From: Dehalococcoidia bacterium
GTDB lineage: Bacteria > Chloroflexota > Dehalococcoidia > GIF9 > AB-539-J10
Assembly (NCBI GenBank): GCA_030606165.1
Contig: JAUWGZ010000001.1
Coordinates: 1-43,918 of the forward strand
Direction: 5' to 3'
DNA: 43,918 nucleotides
A model generated the notes under the pieces. It made no database searches and was not told where the DNA came from. It saw only the letters and a list, made by a program, of their open reading frames with translations. This document shows positions 7,902-17,388 of the stretch, piece after piece (the stretch's first letter is position 1; every line of letters starts with the position of its first letter). Both the position numbers and the translations under genes were made by a program.

Positions 7902-9902
7902 TTATTGTTTCAGCATGGGTGAAACTAGTTCTTCGTCTTTTCTTAATTCGATAATACGGTCGCGGATCATAGCAGCTTTTTCAAACTCCAGATTCTTGGC
8001 CGCTGCCTTCATCTGGGATTCCAGTTGTTTGATGAGTTGAGTCATTTCTCCTTTGGAAATAGGAGTAACCACATAAGGGGTCCTTGTCTCGGCTACCGCT
8101 TGAACTCTCTCAGTTATATCCTTAATTGCCTTTCGGATTCCCTGGGGAGTTATGCCGTGCTCCTTGTTGTAAGCTTCTTGAACCTGGCGGCGGCGGCCGG
8201 TTTCCTCTATCGCCTTCTGCATGGATTGAGTAATGGTATCGGCATACATTATGACATGAGCATTTAGGTGTCTGGCAGCACGCCCCATGGTTTGAATGAG
8301 CGCTTCCTCTGACCTTAGGTAGCCTTCCTTATCAGCATCGAGTATGGCTACCAGACTCACCTCAGGCAAGTCCAGCCCCTCACGAAGGAGATTGATGCCC
8401 ACTACCACATCATAGACGCCAAGGCGGAGGTCACGGAGAATCTCCACTCGCTCTAAAGTCTCTACCTCCGAATGCAAGTAATGAGTTTTAATCTCCATTT
8501 CCCTCAAGTAGTCGCTTAGTTCCTCTGCCATTCGCTTGGTCAAGGTAGTCACCAAACAGCGCTCCCCCTTGGATACCTTGCTTTTTATCTGATAAATAAG
8601 GTCATCAATTTGCCCCTTAACTGGCTTAACCTCCACGGTAGGCTCCAGTAAACCAGTGGGTCGGACTAATTGCTCCACTATTTGCTGGCTGCGCTCATAT
8701 TCATAGGGCTTGGGTGTAGCAGAGACGTAAATGACCTGGTTGACGTGCTTGTCGAACTCCTCGAAGTGCAATGGGCGGTTATCCAGGGCTGAAGGGAGGC
8801 GAAAGCCGTAATCAACCAGCGTCTGCTTTCGAGAAATATCACCATGATACATGCCCCTTATCTGCGGCAGGGTCATATGTGATTCATCGATGAACAACAA
8901 GAAGTCATCGGGAAAATAATCCAGCAAAGTCCAGGGTGTGCTTCCCGGTGCCCGCCGCTGGAGATGACGGGAGTAATTTTCCACCCCGGTGCAGTATCCC
9001 ACCTCTTGAAGCATTTCAATATCGTAATTGGTCCGCGCCTCAAGCCTCTGAGCCTCCAGTAGCTTTCCCTGGCCTCTTAACTCCGTTAATCTTTCCTCTA
9101 GCTCGACTTTAATATCCTCGATTGCCGCTATCAGCTTATCGTGGGAGGTGACAAAGTGCTTTGCGGGGTAAATATCCACTTGATCTCGATGAGCCAGTAC
9201 CTCACCAGTTAGGGGGTCAACCTCTACAATGCGCTCAATCTCGTCCCCCCAGAATCCGATTCTGAGGGCTGTTGCTTCATAAGCTGGCTGGATTTCCAGG
9301 GTGTCGCCTCGAATACGGAATCTACCTCTGATGAAATCATAGTCGTTTCTTTCGTATTGCATATCCACCAAACGGCGGACCAGTTTGTCTCGCTTGTAGT
9401 GTTTGTTCCTTTCAATATTAAGGGCAAAGCTATGATATTCCTCAGGTGCCCCCAGGCTATAAATACAGGAGACCGAAGCGACAATAACTACATCTCGGCG
9501 TGTGAAGAGAGACCTGGTAGCGGCATGCCGTAGTTTGTCAATCTCCTCATTTATATCGGTTTCCTTCTCAATATAGAGGTCGGTGCTGGGGATATAAGCT
9601 TCCGGCTGATAATAGTCATAGTAGCTGACAAAATACTCCACAGCATTTTCGGGAAGGAATTCCTTGAACTCGGTAACCAATTGAGCAGCTAAAGTCTTGT
9701 TATGACAAAGAACCAAGGTGGGTAGTTGCACCCTCTCAATAACATTAGCCATGGTGAAGGTCTTGCCGCTGCCAGTGACTCCCAGCAGTGTCTGTTCTCG
9801 GTAACCTTTGTTCAAACCCTCGACCAGTTTGTCTGCAGCCTGAGGCTGGTCGCCGGTAAGACGAAAATCGGAAACTATTTCAAACTGGGGCATAGGGTTC
9901 AC
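7902..9902 (-). CDS. uvrB: Excinuclease ABC subunit B
   Basis: Full-length 666 aa with Walker [14 protein letters not shown], helicase motifs, and a C-terminal UVR motif ([18 protein letters not shown]). Confidence 0.97.
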   Translation of the reverse strand: MNPMPQFEIVSDFRLTGDQPQAADKLVEGLNKGYREQTLLGVTGSGKTFTMANVIERVQLPTLVLCHNKTLAAQLVTEFKEFLPENAVEYFVSYYDYYQPEAYIPSTDLYIEKETDINEEIDKLRHAATRSLFTRRDVVIVASVSCIYSLGAPEEYHSFALNIERNKHYKRDKLVRRLVDMQYERNDYDFIRGRFRIRGDTLEIQPAYEATALRIGFWGDEIERIVEVDPLTGEVLAHRDQVDIYPAKHFVTSHDKLIAAIEDIKVELEERLTELRGQGKLLEAQRLEARTNYDIEMLQEVGYCTGVENYSRHLQRRAPGSTPWTLLDYFPDDFLLFIDESHMTLPQIRGMYHGDISRKQTLVDYGFRLPSALDNRPLHFEEFDKHVNQVIYVSATPKPYEYERSQQIVEQLVRPTGLLEPTVEVKPVKGQIDDLIYQIKSKVSKGERCLVTTLTKRMAEELSDYLREMEIKTHYLHSEVETLERVEILRDLRLGVYDVVVGINLLREGLDLPEVSLVAILDADKEGYLRSEEALIQTMGRAARHLNAHVIMYADTITQSMQKAIEETGRRRQVQEAYNKEHGITPQGIRKAIKDITERVQAVAETRTPYVVTPISKGEMTQLIKQLESQMKAAAKNLEFEKAAMIRDRIIELRKDEELVSPMLKQ

Positions 9903-10078
9903 TCACCACAATAATAAAAAACAACGACCCTTAATATATAAGAAACAACGAAATTCTGCATAATCGGGTGAAGGTGCAGCACCATCTACAGATGCCGTGT
10001 CAACCCAAGGTCTTGTTTGAGGCATCAAGCCATGTTAAAATTCGGCATCCTCGATATAAAAGAAAGGAAACTGGTGAC

Positions 10079-10339
10079 ATGAAGTCCTATGAGGAACTCG
10101 CTAAAGAGCAAGCGGACAGGGAAAACACCCTCTTATCCAAATTAATGGGGGGGGCTGGGATAGAGGAACTGGCTGATTTTGAGGTCGGGCTAAGCGGGCG
10201 GCAAAGCGAAATCTTGTTCAAGATAACCACGGAGATAGAAGATACTGAAAATGCCTTGAATCAGGTTGAGCAGCTTGCGCAGAGGCTTAGGAAACATCTG
10301 GAGCGGTTAAAAAAGCTACAGCGGACTCTTTCTAAGTAA
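10079..10339 (+). CDS. Hypothetical small coiled-coil protein (86 aa)
   Basis: The ORF is open from 9968, but ATG 10079 (MKSYEEL...) follows a purine-rich AAAGGAAA stretch. The C-terminal half has heptad-like charge patterning. No recognisable family. Confidence 0.45.
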   Translation: MKSYEELAKEQADRENTLLSKLMGGAGIEELADFEVGLSGRQSEILFKITTEIEDTENALNQVEQLAQRLRKHLERLKKLQRTLSK

Positions 10340-10365
10340 GGTTAAGTCACGCAAGATATAGCGCA

Positions 10366-11829
10366 ATGCAGTCTGAGTCGGAAACATCGGTTAGACTTCG
10401 TTTTGCGCCCAGTCCTACAGGGTATCCGCATTTAGGCAACATCAGGACTGCTCTATTCAACTGGCTTTTTGCTCGCCATCACGGCGGCAAGTTTATCTTA
10501 CGAATCGAAGATACTGACGTTGCCCGTAAGGTGGAGGGTGCAGGGGAGATAATACTAGATAGCTTGCAGTGGCTGGGATTAAACTGGGATGAAGGGCCTT
10601 ACTTCCAGTCACAACGATTGCCCATTTACCATGAAATTGCCCATAGATTGATTGAAGAGGGTCATGCATATTTATGCTACTGTTCTCCAGAGCGATTAAA
10701 GACGATGCGCCAAGAGCAGGCAAAACGTAAACAGCCGCCGAAATATGACCGTCATTGTCGAGATTTAACACAACATGAAAGAACTCGGTTAGAGGCAACA
10801 GGTATTACTCCCGTGATTCGCTTTAAAACACCTCTTGAAGGCGAAACTATTTTCTACGACTTAATTCATGGCCCGGTAACTTTTAAGCACGATACCTTAG
10901 ACGACTTCATCCTGCTCAAATCCGATGGTTATCCCACATATCACCTGGCTAATGTAGTAGACGACCATTTAATGGCTATCTCACATGTCCTCAGAGCCGA
11001 TGAGTGGCTTTCCAGCACTCCTCGCCATGTTTTGCTTTACCAAGCTCTAAATTGGCAAGCTCCGCAATTTGCTCATTTACCCATGATTCTGGGACCTGAC
11101 CGTGCCAAACTGTCCAAAAGGCACGGTGCTACCACTATCACTGAATATCGAGAGCAGGGATACCTCCCGGATGCAATGGTCAATTTCTTGGTACTTTTGG
11201 GCTGGTCGCTTGATGATCGAACTGAGTTATTATCCCAGGAAGAATTGATAAAGCACTTCTCTCTGGAAAGGGTAGGCAAAACAGCGGCTATCTTTAATAA
11301 AGATAAGCTGGAATGGATGAACGGAGTTTATTTGCGCAAATTAAGCCTGGAGGAATTTATCCAGCAGGCCATGCCATTTTTAGATAGAGATTTGCCAAAG
11401 TCGGTAGAGCGCCCATTGAACAATAGTTACGTCAGCCAGGTTCTGTCTCTCATTCAAGAACGAGCCAAAACCTTAGCTGAAGTTCCTCAGCTTGCCAGCT
11501 TTTTCTTCCTCGACGAGCTGCAATATGATACAAACCTGCTTTTAAGAGGGAAACCGGATGCCAAATCGGCTGCTAAGGCTATTGCGATTGCTTCGCAAAA
11601 GTCAGAAAAAGTAATGACCTGGGATGCCACTACGCTTGAGGGTATCCTGCGCCCTCTGGCCGCAGAGCTAAACTTAGGCACAGGGGAATTGTTCGGTTTG
11701 TTAAGGGTAGCTGTTACAGGTCGTACTGCGGCACCACCATTGTTTCAGACCATGGCAGTATTGGGAAAAGAGAAATGCCTGAAACGATTCGATACAGCAT
11801 TGCAGTCGCTATCCACTTATTTTAACTAG
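10366..11829 (+). CDS. gltX: Glutamate--tRNA ligase
   Basis: RFAPSPTGYPHLGN (HIGH-type) and AKLSKRHG (KMSKS-type) motifs. 487 aa, a typical class I GluRS length. Confidence 0.95.
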   Translation: MQSESETSVRLRFAPSPTGYPHLGNIRTALFNWLFARHHGGKFILRIEDTDVARKVEGAGEIILDSLQWLGLNWDEGPYFQSQRLPIYHEIAHRLIEEGHAYLCYCSPERLKTMRQEQAKRKQPPKYDRHCRDLTQHERTRLEATGITPVIRFKTPLEGETIFYDLIHGPVTFKHDTLDDFILLKSDGYPTYHLANVVDDHLMAISHVLRADEWLSSTPRHVLLYQALNWQAPQFAHLPMILGPDRAKLSKRHGATTITEYREQGYLPDAMVNFLVLLGWSLDDRTELLSQEELIKHFSLERVGKTAAIFNKDKLEWMNGVYLRKLSLEEFIQQAMPFLDRDLPKSVERPLNNSYVSQVLSLIQERAKTLAEVPQLASFFFLDELQYDTNLLLRGKPDAKSAAKAIAIASQKSEKVMTWDATTLEGILRPLAAELNLGTGELFGLLRVAVTGRTAAPPLFQTMAVLGKEKCLKRFDTALQSLSTYFN

Positions 11830-11849
11830 AATGCCGCATGTAGCTTCGT

Positions 11850-11879
11850 AGGAGGACTCCAAATAGTCTTTTGGCTCCT
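11850..11879 (+). terminator. Possible stem-loop terminator after gltX
   Basis: AGGAG (11850-54) pairs with CTCCT (11875-79), and CCAAA (11859-63) pairs with TTTGG (11870-74). There is a 4-nt bulge and a 6-nt loop, but no clear downstream T-run. Confidence 0.25.
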
Positions 11880-11997
11880 GCCTCGTCTGCTAAAATGGTC
11901 GAAAATTTACAATCTTTGGCTTTGGAGACCTAAAAGGTATTGACAAAGCTTTGTTCTTATAGTAACAATATAGGTGCAACAAAATTAAAAGGAGGGT

Positions 11998-12144
11998 ATG
12001 ATGGCGACAGCTTATTGCATGAAGTGCAGGAAAAAGGTGGAGATAAGAAACCCAATGCGGGTTACACTCAAGAACCGCAGACCAGCGACCCGGGGTGTCT
12101 GTCCTATCTGCGGCACAAAAGTATTCAGAATAGAGAAACGCTAA
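11998..12144 (+). CDS. DUF5679-type small zinc-ribbon protein (48 aa), absent from the ORF track
   Basis: My translation is MMATAYCMKCRKKVEIRNPMRVTLKNRRPATRGVCPICGTKVFRIEKR*. The CxxC...CxxC pattern and the TLKNxRPAxxGxCPxCGTKVFRI motif match what I recall of DUF5679. RBS AAAGGAGGG lies directly upstream. Confidence 0.75.
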   Translation: MMATAYCMKCRKKVEIRNPMRVTLKNRRPATRGVCPICGTKVFRIEKR

Positions 12145-12292
12145 ATTCCTACGGCGGTCACCGGGTGTTGAGAGGGATCACGCATTGATATTACCGCTAT
12201 TTGCATTTGCGTGAAATCCACAGGCGAGCGGGCTTGAATCTTTAGGGGATATTTATTCCCGAGGGAATGCTGGTATCTTTTTGGGAATAGTC

Positions 12293-13045
12293 TCAAAAAG
12301 TAAAAACCAGAGAGCTTGTTATTTCTTTAAGAGTGTGGTTCCAGGCTTCCTTGTCTGCATATCTTAGATTCAAAGCCCTCTGGGAAATTTTCTGGGCTTC
12401 TCGCTGAAGATGTTTGCATTCCCTTAATAAGGGTGTGCGGGTTAATCTATTCCCTCCCAAAAATATATAATCCAGCGTGTAATTTTCAAATTCCTCCTCA
12501 ATTCTATTGCTAACCTTTCTCAGAAAATCTTTCTTCTGTTCTTCAGTCCTGCGGGCAAATCTTTTTTCGCTTCTTCCCCCTTTCCTATGCTCCTTATGGA
12601 TATACCCTGTGCCTGTTTTTGATTTTACCAGATTATCACGATGGAAAACTCCTATAGAGTATGTCCCCCATGTTACCACCACCACGCCGATAACATATAC
12701 TCGCTCCAGGGTTTCTAATAGGGGGGAAGCATCAAACTTACCTGATGAAATTTTATCTTCAGTGAGAGGAAGTGGCGGCAACACCATATATTTATTGCCG
12801 TTTTCTTGCCAATATATAGCTGCTCCCGTATTGTACCTTTCAACTGCTTGAGCTACAGCTTTAATGTTGACTGATTCCTTAATTTCGTGAGCATATGTAT
12901 TGTATTGGGGCCGAGGAGATAGTCCATTTATATAATGAGGAAAAGAAGAAGGTTTTATATACAGACTTGTATAGTCTCCAGGGCTGCTTTCGAGTCTGGA
13001 TAAAAGTTCATACAGACGAGTTTTGCTAAGGATTTCCTTTTCCAT
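12293..13045 (-). CDS. eRF1-fold / Vms1-like release factor (VLRF1-type) protein
   Basis: IHKEHRKGGRSEKRFARRTEEQKKDFLRKV is closely parallel to the eRF1 catalytic loop (..KKHGRGGQSALRFARLR..). 250 aa, which fits the bacterial Vms1/Ankzf1-like family. Confidence 0.6.
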   Translation of the reverse strand: MEKEILSKTRLYELLSRLESSPGDYTSLYIKPSSFPHYINGLSPRPQYNTYAHEIKESVNIKAVAQAVERYNTGAAIYWQENGNKYMVLPPLPLTEDKISSGKFDASPLLETLERVYVIGVVVVTWGTYSIGVFHRDNLVKSKTGTGYIHKEHRKGGRSEKRFARRTEEQKKDFLRKVSNRIEEEFENYTLDYIFLGGNRLTRTPLLRECKHLQREAQKISQRALNLRYADKEAWNHTLKEITSSLVFTF

Positions 13046-13109
13046 GTTGATTTCCAGCAGTAGAAACGGGCTTTTAATTCACCCTGAATTAGGTTAAACT
13101 TTAGCAAAT

Positions 13110-15560
13110 ATGGCTCAGAAATATAACCCTCGGGAAATCGAAAAAAGATGGCAACAGAGGTGGGCGGCTGACCATATTTACGAGGTAAAGGAGGATAGTA
13201 GGCGCCCGAAATTTTATGCCCTGACCATGTTCCCCTATACCTCAGGAGACCTTCACATTGGTCATTGGTACGCCATGTCGCCCTCAGATGTTTATGCCAG
13301 ATTTAAGAGGATGCGGGGCTATAATGTGCTTCATCCTATGGGCTTTGACGCCTTTGGGTTACCGGCGGAAAATGCTGCCATCAGCCATGGAATTCACCCT
13401 TATGAGTGGACAATGAGAAATATAGAGAATATGCGTCGGCAACTCAGGAGTATGGGGGCAATATATGACTGGAACCGTGAAGTAGTTACTTGCCTGCCGG
13501 ACTACTATAAATGGACGCAGTGGTTTTTCCTTAAATTTTATCACGCTGGCCTGGCCTATCGGGCTGAGGCGCCTGTTAACTGGTGTCCTAGATGTCAGAC
13601 AGTGTTGGCTAATGAACAAATAATAGGGGAAGGTTTTTGTGAGAGGTGCAGCACACCTGTGATTAAAAGAGAGCTGGAGCAATGGTTCTTCAGGATTACT
13701 AAATATGCCGAAGAACTCCTCAATCATAGTTGTCTGGACTGGCCAGAACGCATAAAGATAATGCAGAAGCATTGGGTGGGTAAGAGCGAGGGCGCTGAAA
13801 TTTCCTTCTGGCTAGAGCATGGGGGTGTAGAGCAGAAAGAGATAAGAGTGTTCACCACTCGTCCTGATACTATTTTTGGGGTGACTTTCTTCCTCCTGGC
13901 TCCGGAGCATCCTTTAGTTTCTAAATTGACTGCCCCGGAACATAAAGCTGAAGTAGATGAATATATTGCTTGGTGTCGGCGGCAAACTGAGTACGAACGG
14001 GTGGCACTGGGCAGGGAGAAAACAGGGGTCTTTCTGGGAAGCTATGTTGTCAATCCGATGAGTGGGGAGCGAGTGCCTATCTGGATTACTGATTATGTAT
14101 TGCCAACTTATGGCACCGGAGCAGTGATGGCAGTGCCTGCTCATGATGAACGAGACTTGGAATTTGCCAGGAAGTTTAAGCTACCTGTGCGAACAGTTAT
14201 TGCTCCTCCGGGTTGGACAGGCGAAGAATTGACGGAAGCATATACTGAGTCAGGTACAATGGTGAATTCTGGGGAATTTAGCGGTTTACCCAGCGAACAA
14301 GGATATGAGGCAATCTGTGCTTTATTGGAGGAAAAAGGATGGGGTAAGCGGACGGTTATTTATCGCCTTCGTGATTGGCTTATCTCCAGGCAGAGGTATT
14401 GGGGGGCACCCATACCTATAATTTATTGTGATAAATGCGGCATAGTCTCTGTGCCCGAGGAGGATTTGCCTGTTCTGCTTCCTCCCGACGCGGAATTTAA
14501 ACCTACCGGGGAATCTCCTCTGAAATATTGCCAGTCATTCGTCAATACCACCTGTCCTAAATGTTCTGGGCCAGCACGAAGGGAAACTGATACTATGGAT
14601 ACTTTTATGTGTTCCTCCTGGTATTTCTTGAGGTACACCAGTCCTGAAACCAGGGATGCCCCTTTTGATGTTGCCAAGATGAAATATTGGTTGCCTGTGG
14701 ATTTGTATACCGGGGGTGCTGAGCACGCAGTTATGCATCTCTTCTACGCTCGTTTTTTCATCAAGACATTGAGGGATATTGGCTTGGTCGACTTTGATGA
14801 ACCCTTTACTCGTCTATTCAATCAGGGGACTATAATTTATCGTGGTGATAAGATGAGCAAATCTAGGGGCAATGTAATTGCCCCCGACGAGTATGTGGCT
14901 GAGTTAGGAGCTGACGCTGTTCGTGGGTATCTCATGTTTATTGGTCCCTGGGAGCTGGGGGGGGAATGGAATGATAGGGGCATTGTGGGCGTCAGCCGCT
15001 GGCTAAACCGGGTGTGGAGCTTAGTAACAACAGACTATGCTAGCCGTGTTATTGATCCCGAGGCTGAGAAGGAATTCCTTCATTTAACTCATAAGACAAT
15101 TAAAGGGGTGACTGCTGATTTGGAAAAGTTCCGCTTCAACACCATGCTGTCTAGCCTTATGGAATTCAGCAACTACCTATCTAAGGTTAAAGAGAGCGGG
15201 GTAGTGTCAGGTTCTCTATGGGAGGAAGCTATTAGCTATTTTCTGCTTCTCCTTGCCCCCACCGCTCCTCATCTTGCCGAGGAGTTATGGAACAGGACTG
15301 GGCATCCCTACAGTATTCATAACCAACAATGGCCTGAGTATGACGCAGAGCTAGTCAAGGAGGAAGAAATTACCTTAGTCATTCAGGTAAATGGTAAACT
15401 TCGCGATAAGGTGCTTGTACCCGCTTCCATAAGTGAAGTCGAGGCCAAGGAGCTGGCGCTGGGTCGAGAGCGAGTGAAGTCTTATATTGATGGTAAGAAA
15501 CTTACCAGAGTCATTTATGTCCCCAAGCGAGTGGTGAATATTGTGGTAGCATCAGGATAG
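13110..15560 (+). CDS. leuS: Leucine--tRNA ligase
   Basis: PYTSGDLHIGHWY (HIGH) and KMSKSRGN (KMSKS) motifs, a CP1 editing-domain-sized insertion, 816 aa. Confidence 0.97.
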   Translation: MAQKYNPREIEKRWQQRWAADHIYEVKEDSRRPKFYALTMFPYTSGDLHIGHWYAMSPSDVYARFKRMRGYNVLHPMGFDAFGLPAENAAISHGIHPYEWTMRNIENMRRQLRSMGAIYDWNREVVTCLPDYYKWTQWFFLKFYHAGLAYRAEAPVNWCPRCQTVLANEQIIGEGFCERCSTPVIKRELEQWFFRITKYAEELLNHSCLDWPERIKIMQKHWVGKSEGAEISFWLEHGGVEQKEIRVFTTRPDTIFGVTFFLLAPEHPLVSKLTAPEHKAEVDEYIAWCRRQTEYERVALGREKTGVFLGSYVVNPMSGERVPIWITDYVLPTYGTGAVMAVPAHDERDLEFARKFKLPVRTVIAPPGWTGEELTEAYTESGTMVNSGEFSGLPSEQGYEAICALLEEKGWGKRTVIYRLRDWLISRQRYWGAPIPIIYCDKCGIVSVPEEDLPVLLPPDAEFKPTGESPLKYCQSFVNTTCPKCSGPARRETDTMDTFMCSSWYFLRYTSPETRDAPFDVAKMKYWLPVDLYTGGAEHAVMHLFYARFFIKTLRDIGLVDFDEPFTRLFNQGTIIYRGDKMSKSRGNVIAPDEYVAELGADAVRGYLMFIGPWELGGEWNDRGIVGVSRWLNRVWSLVTTDYASRVIDPEAEKEFLHLTHKTIKGVTADLEKFRFNTMLSSLMEFSNYLSKVKESGVVSGSLWEEAISYFLLLLAPTAPHLAEELWNRTGHPYSIHNQQWPEYDAELVKEEEITLVIQVNGKLRDKVLVPASISEVEAKELALGRERVKSYIDGKKLTRVIYVPKRVVNIVVASG

Positions 15561-15589
15561 AAGCAGGAAAAGGAAGAAATGACGGTGTC

Positions 15590-16396
15590 ATGGAAAAGAA
15601 AAAAATGAGGATAGCATTTATTGGTGGTGGGGCTATGGGGGAAGCGATGGTTAAATGTCTTTTGACTAAAAAGGTGGCTGTGCCACAAGATATGGTGGTT
15701 AGCGATATCAGTCCGGTGCGGCGTGAACTATTGAGCAAGGAATATGGAGTTAGCACTTTAGCTGATAATAGAAAGGCGGTGACAAATGCCGACTTGATTA
15801 TTCTGGCAGTGAAGCCTCAGAATCTGCCTCAGGTAATGGAAGAGATAAAGACTCCATCGCCCGAACAGCTAGTGTTATCTATAGTAGCTGGCGCTACTCT
15901 GTCCAGTTTATGCCGGGGTTTAAACCATTCTTCTATAATTCGGGCTATGCCTAATATGCCAGCGCAAATTGGCGAGGGAATGACTATCTGGGCAGCAACT
16001 GCTGAGACTGAGCAAAAGCAAAAAGAATTAGCTCGGACTGTATTGGGTGCTTTGGGTAAAGAAATTTATGTTACCGATGAGAAATATTTAGGTATGGCCA
16101 CTGCTTTAAGCGGCAGTGGTCCAGCTTATGTTTTTCTTTTTATCGAGGCACTCGTCGATGCTGGTGTGCATATTGGCTTGCCTCGGGATATGGCCCAAGA
16201 ATTGGTGATACAAACTGTACTTGGCTCTACTCGCACTGTTGAGAAGACGGGCAAACATCCTGCTGATTTGAGGAATATGGTTACTTCGCCAGGAGGAACC
16301 ACTACCGAGGCTCTTCTTCAGTTAGAAAAGGGGAGATTCCGTTCTCTCATTCTTGAGGCTGTGGCTGCTGCTTGTAAAAAAGCTGAACGTCTTTAA
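15590..16396 (+). CDS. proC: Pyrroline-5-carboxylate reductase
   Basis: IAFIGGGAMGEAM Rossmann motif and a C-terminal P5CR dimerisation region (SPGGTTTEAL). An alternative start is ATG 15605. Confidence 0.9.
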   Translation: MEKKKMRIAFIGGGAMGEAMVKCLLTKKVAVPQDMVVSDISPVRRELLSKEYGVSTLADNRKAVTNADLIILAVKPQNLPQVMEEIKTPSPEQLVLSIVAGATLSSLCRGLNHSSIIRAMPNMPAQIGEGMTIWAATAETEQKQKELARTVLGALGKEIYVTDEKYLGMATALSGSGPAYVFLFIEALVDAGVHIGLPRDMAQELVIQTVLGSTRTVEKTGKHPADLRNMVTSPGGTTTEALLQLEKGRFRSLILEAVAAACKKAERL

Positions 16397-16408
16397 GAGT
16401 TGTATAAG

Positions 16409-17365
16409 ATGGATTCACTTTTTGAATATCGCAACTGTCCCGGTTGTGGGCAAAATGATTTTGAGGTGCTCTTTGAGTCTAATATAAAGCCAGACGATTT
16501 TAATGTGCTTTTTGACTATAGTATGGAAGGACATGATTCTCAAGAAGGTATGGAGGGTTATCTGGTACCTGGAAAGGAATGGGGAAGGCATGTCAGGTGC
16601 AAGAATTGTCGTCTTATATATATGAATCCAATGGAGAAAGTAAGCAAGACCAATGAGTATTACTGCAAAGCGAAGAATACTCATGCTCCTACTATACGAG
16701 AATGCTATTTAAGGATTGCTAAATCCCAAGTACGCCTAATTCAAAAATATGCGAGCGGCACAAACCTTTTAGACATAGGTTGTGCCCAAGGTTTCTTCCT
16801 CTTTAGTGCCTCTAGAGCTGGGTATACTACTAAAGGGATTGAAATATCACAAGATGCGGCAGCATATGCGATAAGGGAATTTGGCTTAGATGTAAAAGCA
16901 AAGCCCTTTGAGGAACTGCGGTTTCCTGAAAATCATTTTGATGTAGTTACTCTATGGCAGGTTCTGGAGCATGTGCCATACCCACTTATGATGCTCAAAG
17001 AAGTTCATAGGATACTCAAGCCTGGAGGGCTGGTAGTAGCATCAACTCCAAATATTGAAGGGATACCGGCGAAAATATTAAGGAAAAGGTGGTGGGATAT
17101 AAAGAGGCTTCATCTCAACCAATTTACTACAAAAACTCTTGCGGACATTCTCCAGAATGCCGGGTTCAAAAATATGTCCGCTGTCTCTTATAGAGGATTT
17201 GTAAGCTTGTCCATATTACTTACAATGACATTAAAATATCTGGATGCATACGAGCGATTAAAGGCTTTATTCAATCCTGACCATATTTTAGGCAAGATGC
17301 TGAACAAGATAATGTTGATATACTCATCCAGGCTTAATCACTGTGTCGTGCTCGGCTTCAAGTAG
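16409..17365 (+). CDS. Class I SAM-dependent methyltransferase with N-terminal Cys4 knuckle
   Basis: LLDIGCAQGFF (motif I), and VVTLWQVLEHV / LKPGG (motifs II-III). N-terminal CPGCG...CKNC. The start could also be TTG 16400. Confidence 0.8.
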   Translation: MDSLFEYRNCPGCGQNDFEVLFESNIKPDDFNVLFDYSMEGHDSQEGMEGYLVPGKEWGRHVRCKNCRLIYMNPMEKVSKTNEYYCKAKNTHAPTIRECYLRIAKSQVRLIQKYASGTNLLDIGCAQGFFLFSASRAGYTTKGIEISQDAAAYAIREFGLDVKAKPFEELRFPENHFDVVTLWQVLEHVPYPLMMLKEVHRILKPGGLVVASTPNIEGIPAKILRKRWWDIKRLHLNQFTTKTLADILQNAGFKNMSAVSYRGFVSLSILLTMTLKYLDAYERLKALFNPDHILGKMLNKIMLIYSSRLNHCVVLGFK

Positions 17366-17388
17366 TAAATCGAGGTTATTACTAGATA

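Noticed and set aside
7600-8040. 146-aa plus-strand ORF spanning the uvrB-proximal spacer.
   Set aside because: Its 3' half is antisense to uvrB. It has no RBS, and its composition is Cys/Ser-rich and unlike a real protein.
11830-12292. Search for tRNA or other small RNA genes in the gltX-leuS spacers. A GGGCTTGAATC segment near 12226 vaguely resembles a T-arm.
   Set aside because: No acceptor, D or anticodon stems can be built around it. The region is better explained by the DUF5679 gene plus short spacers.
13046-13109. A T-box leader upstream of leuS (and likewise upstream of gltX).
   Set aside because: The spacers are only 64 nt and 26 nt, which is far too short for a T-box riboswitch of about 200 nt.
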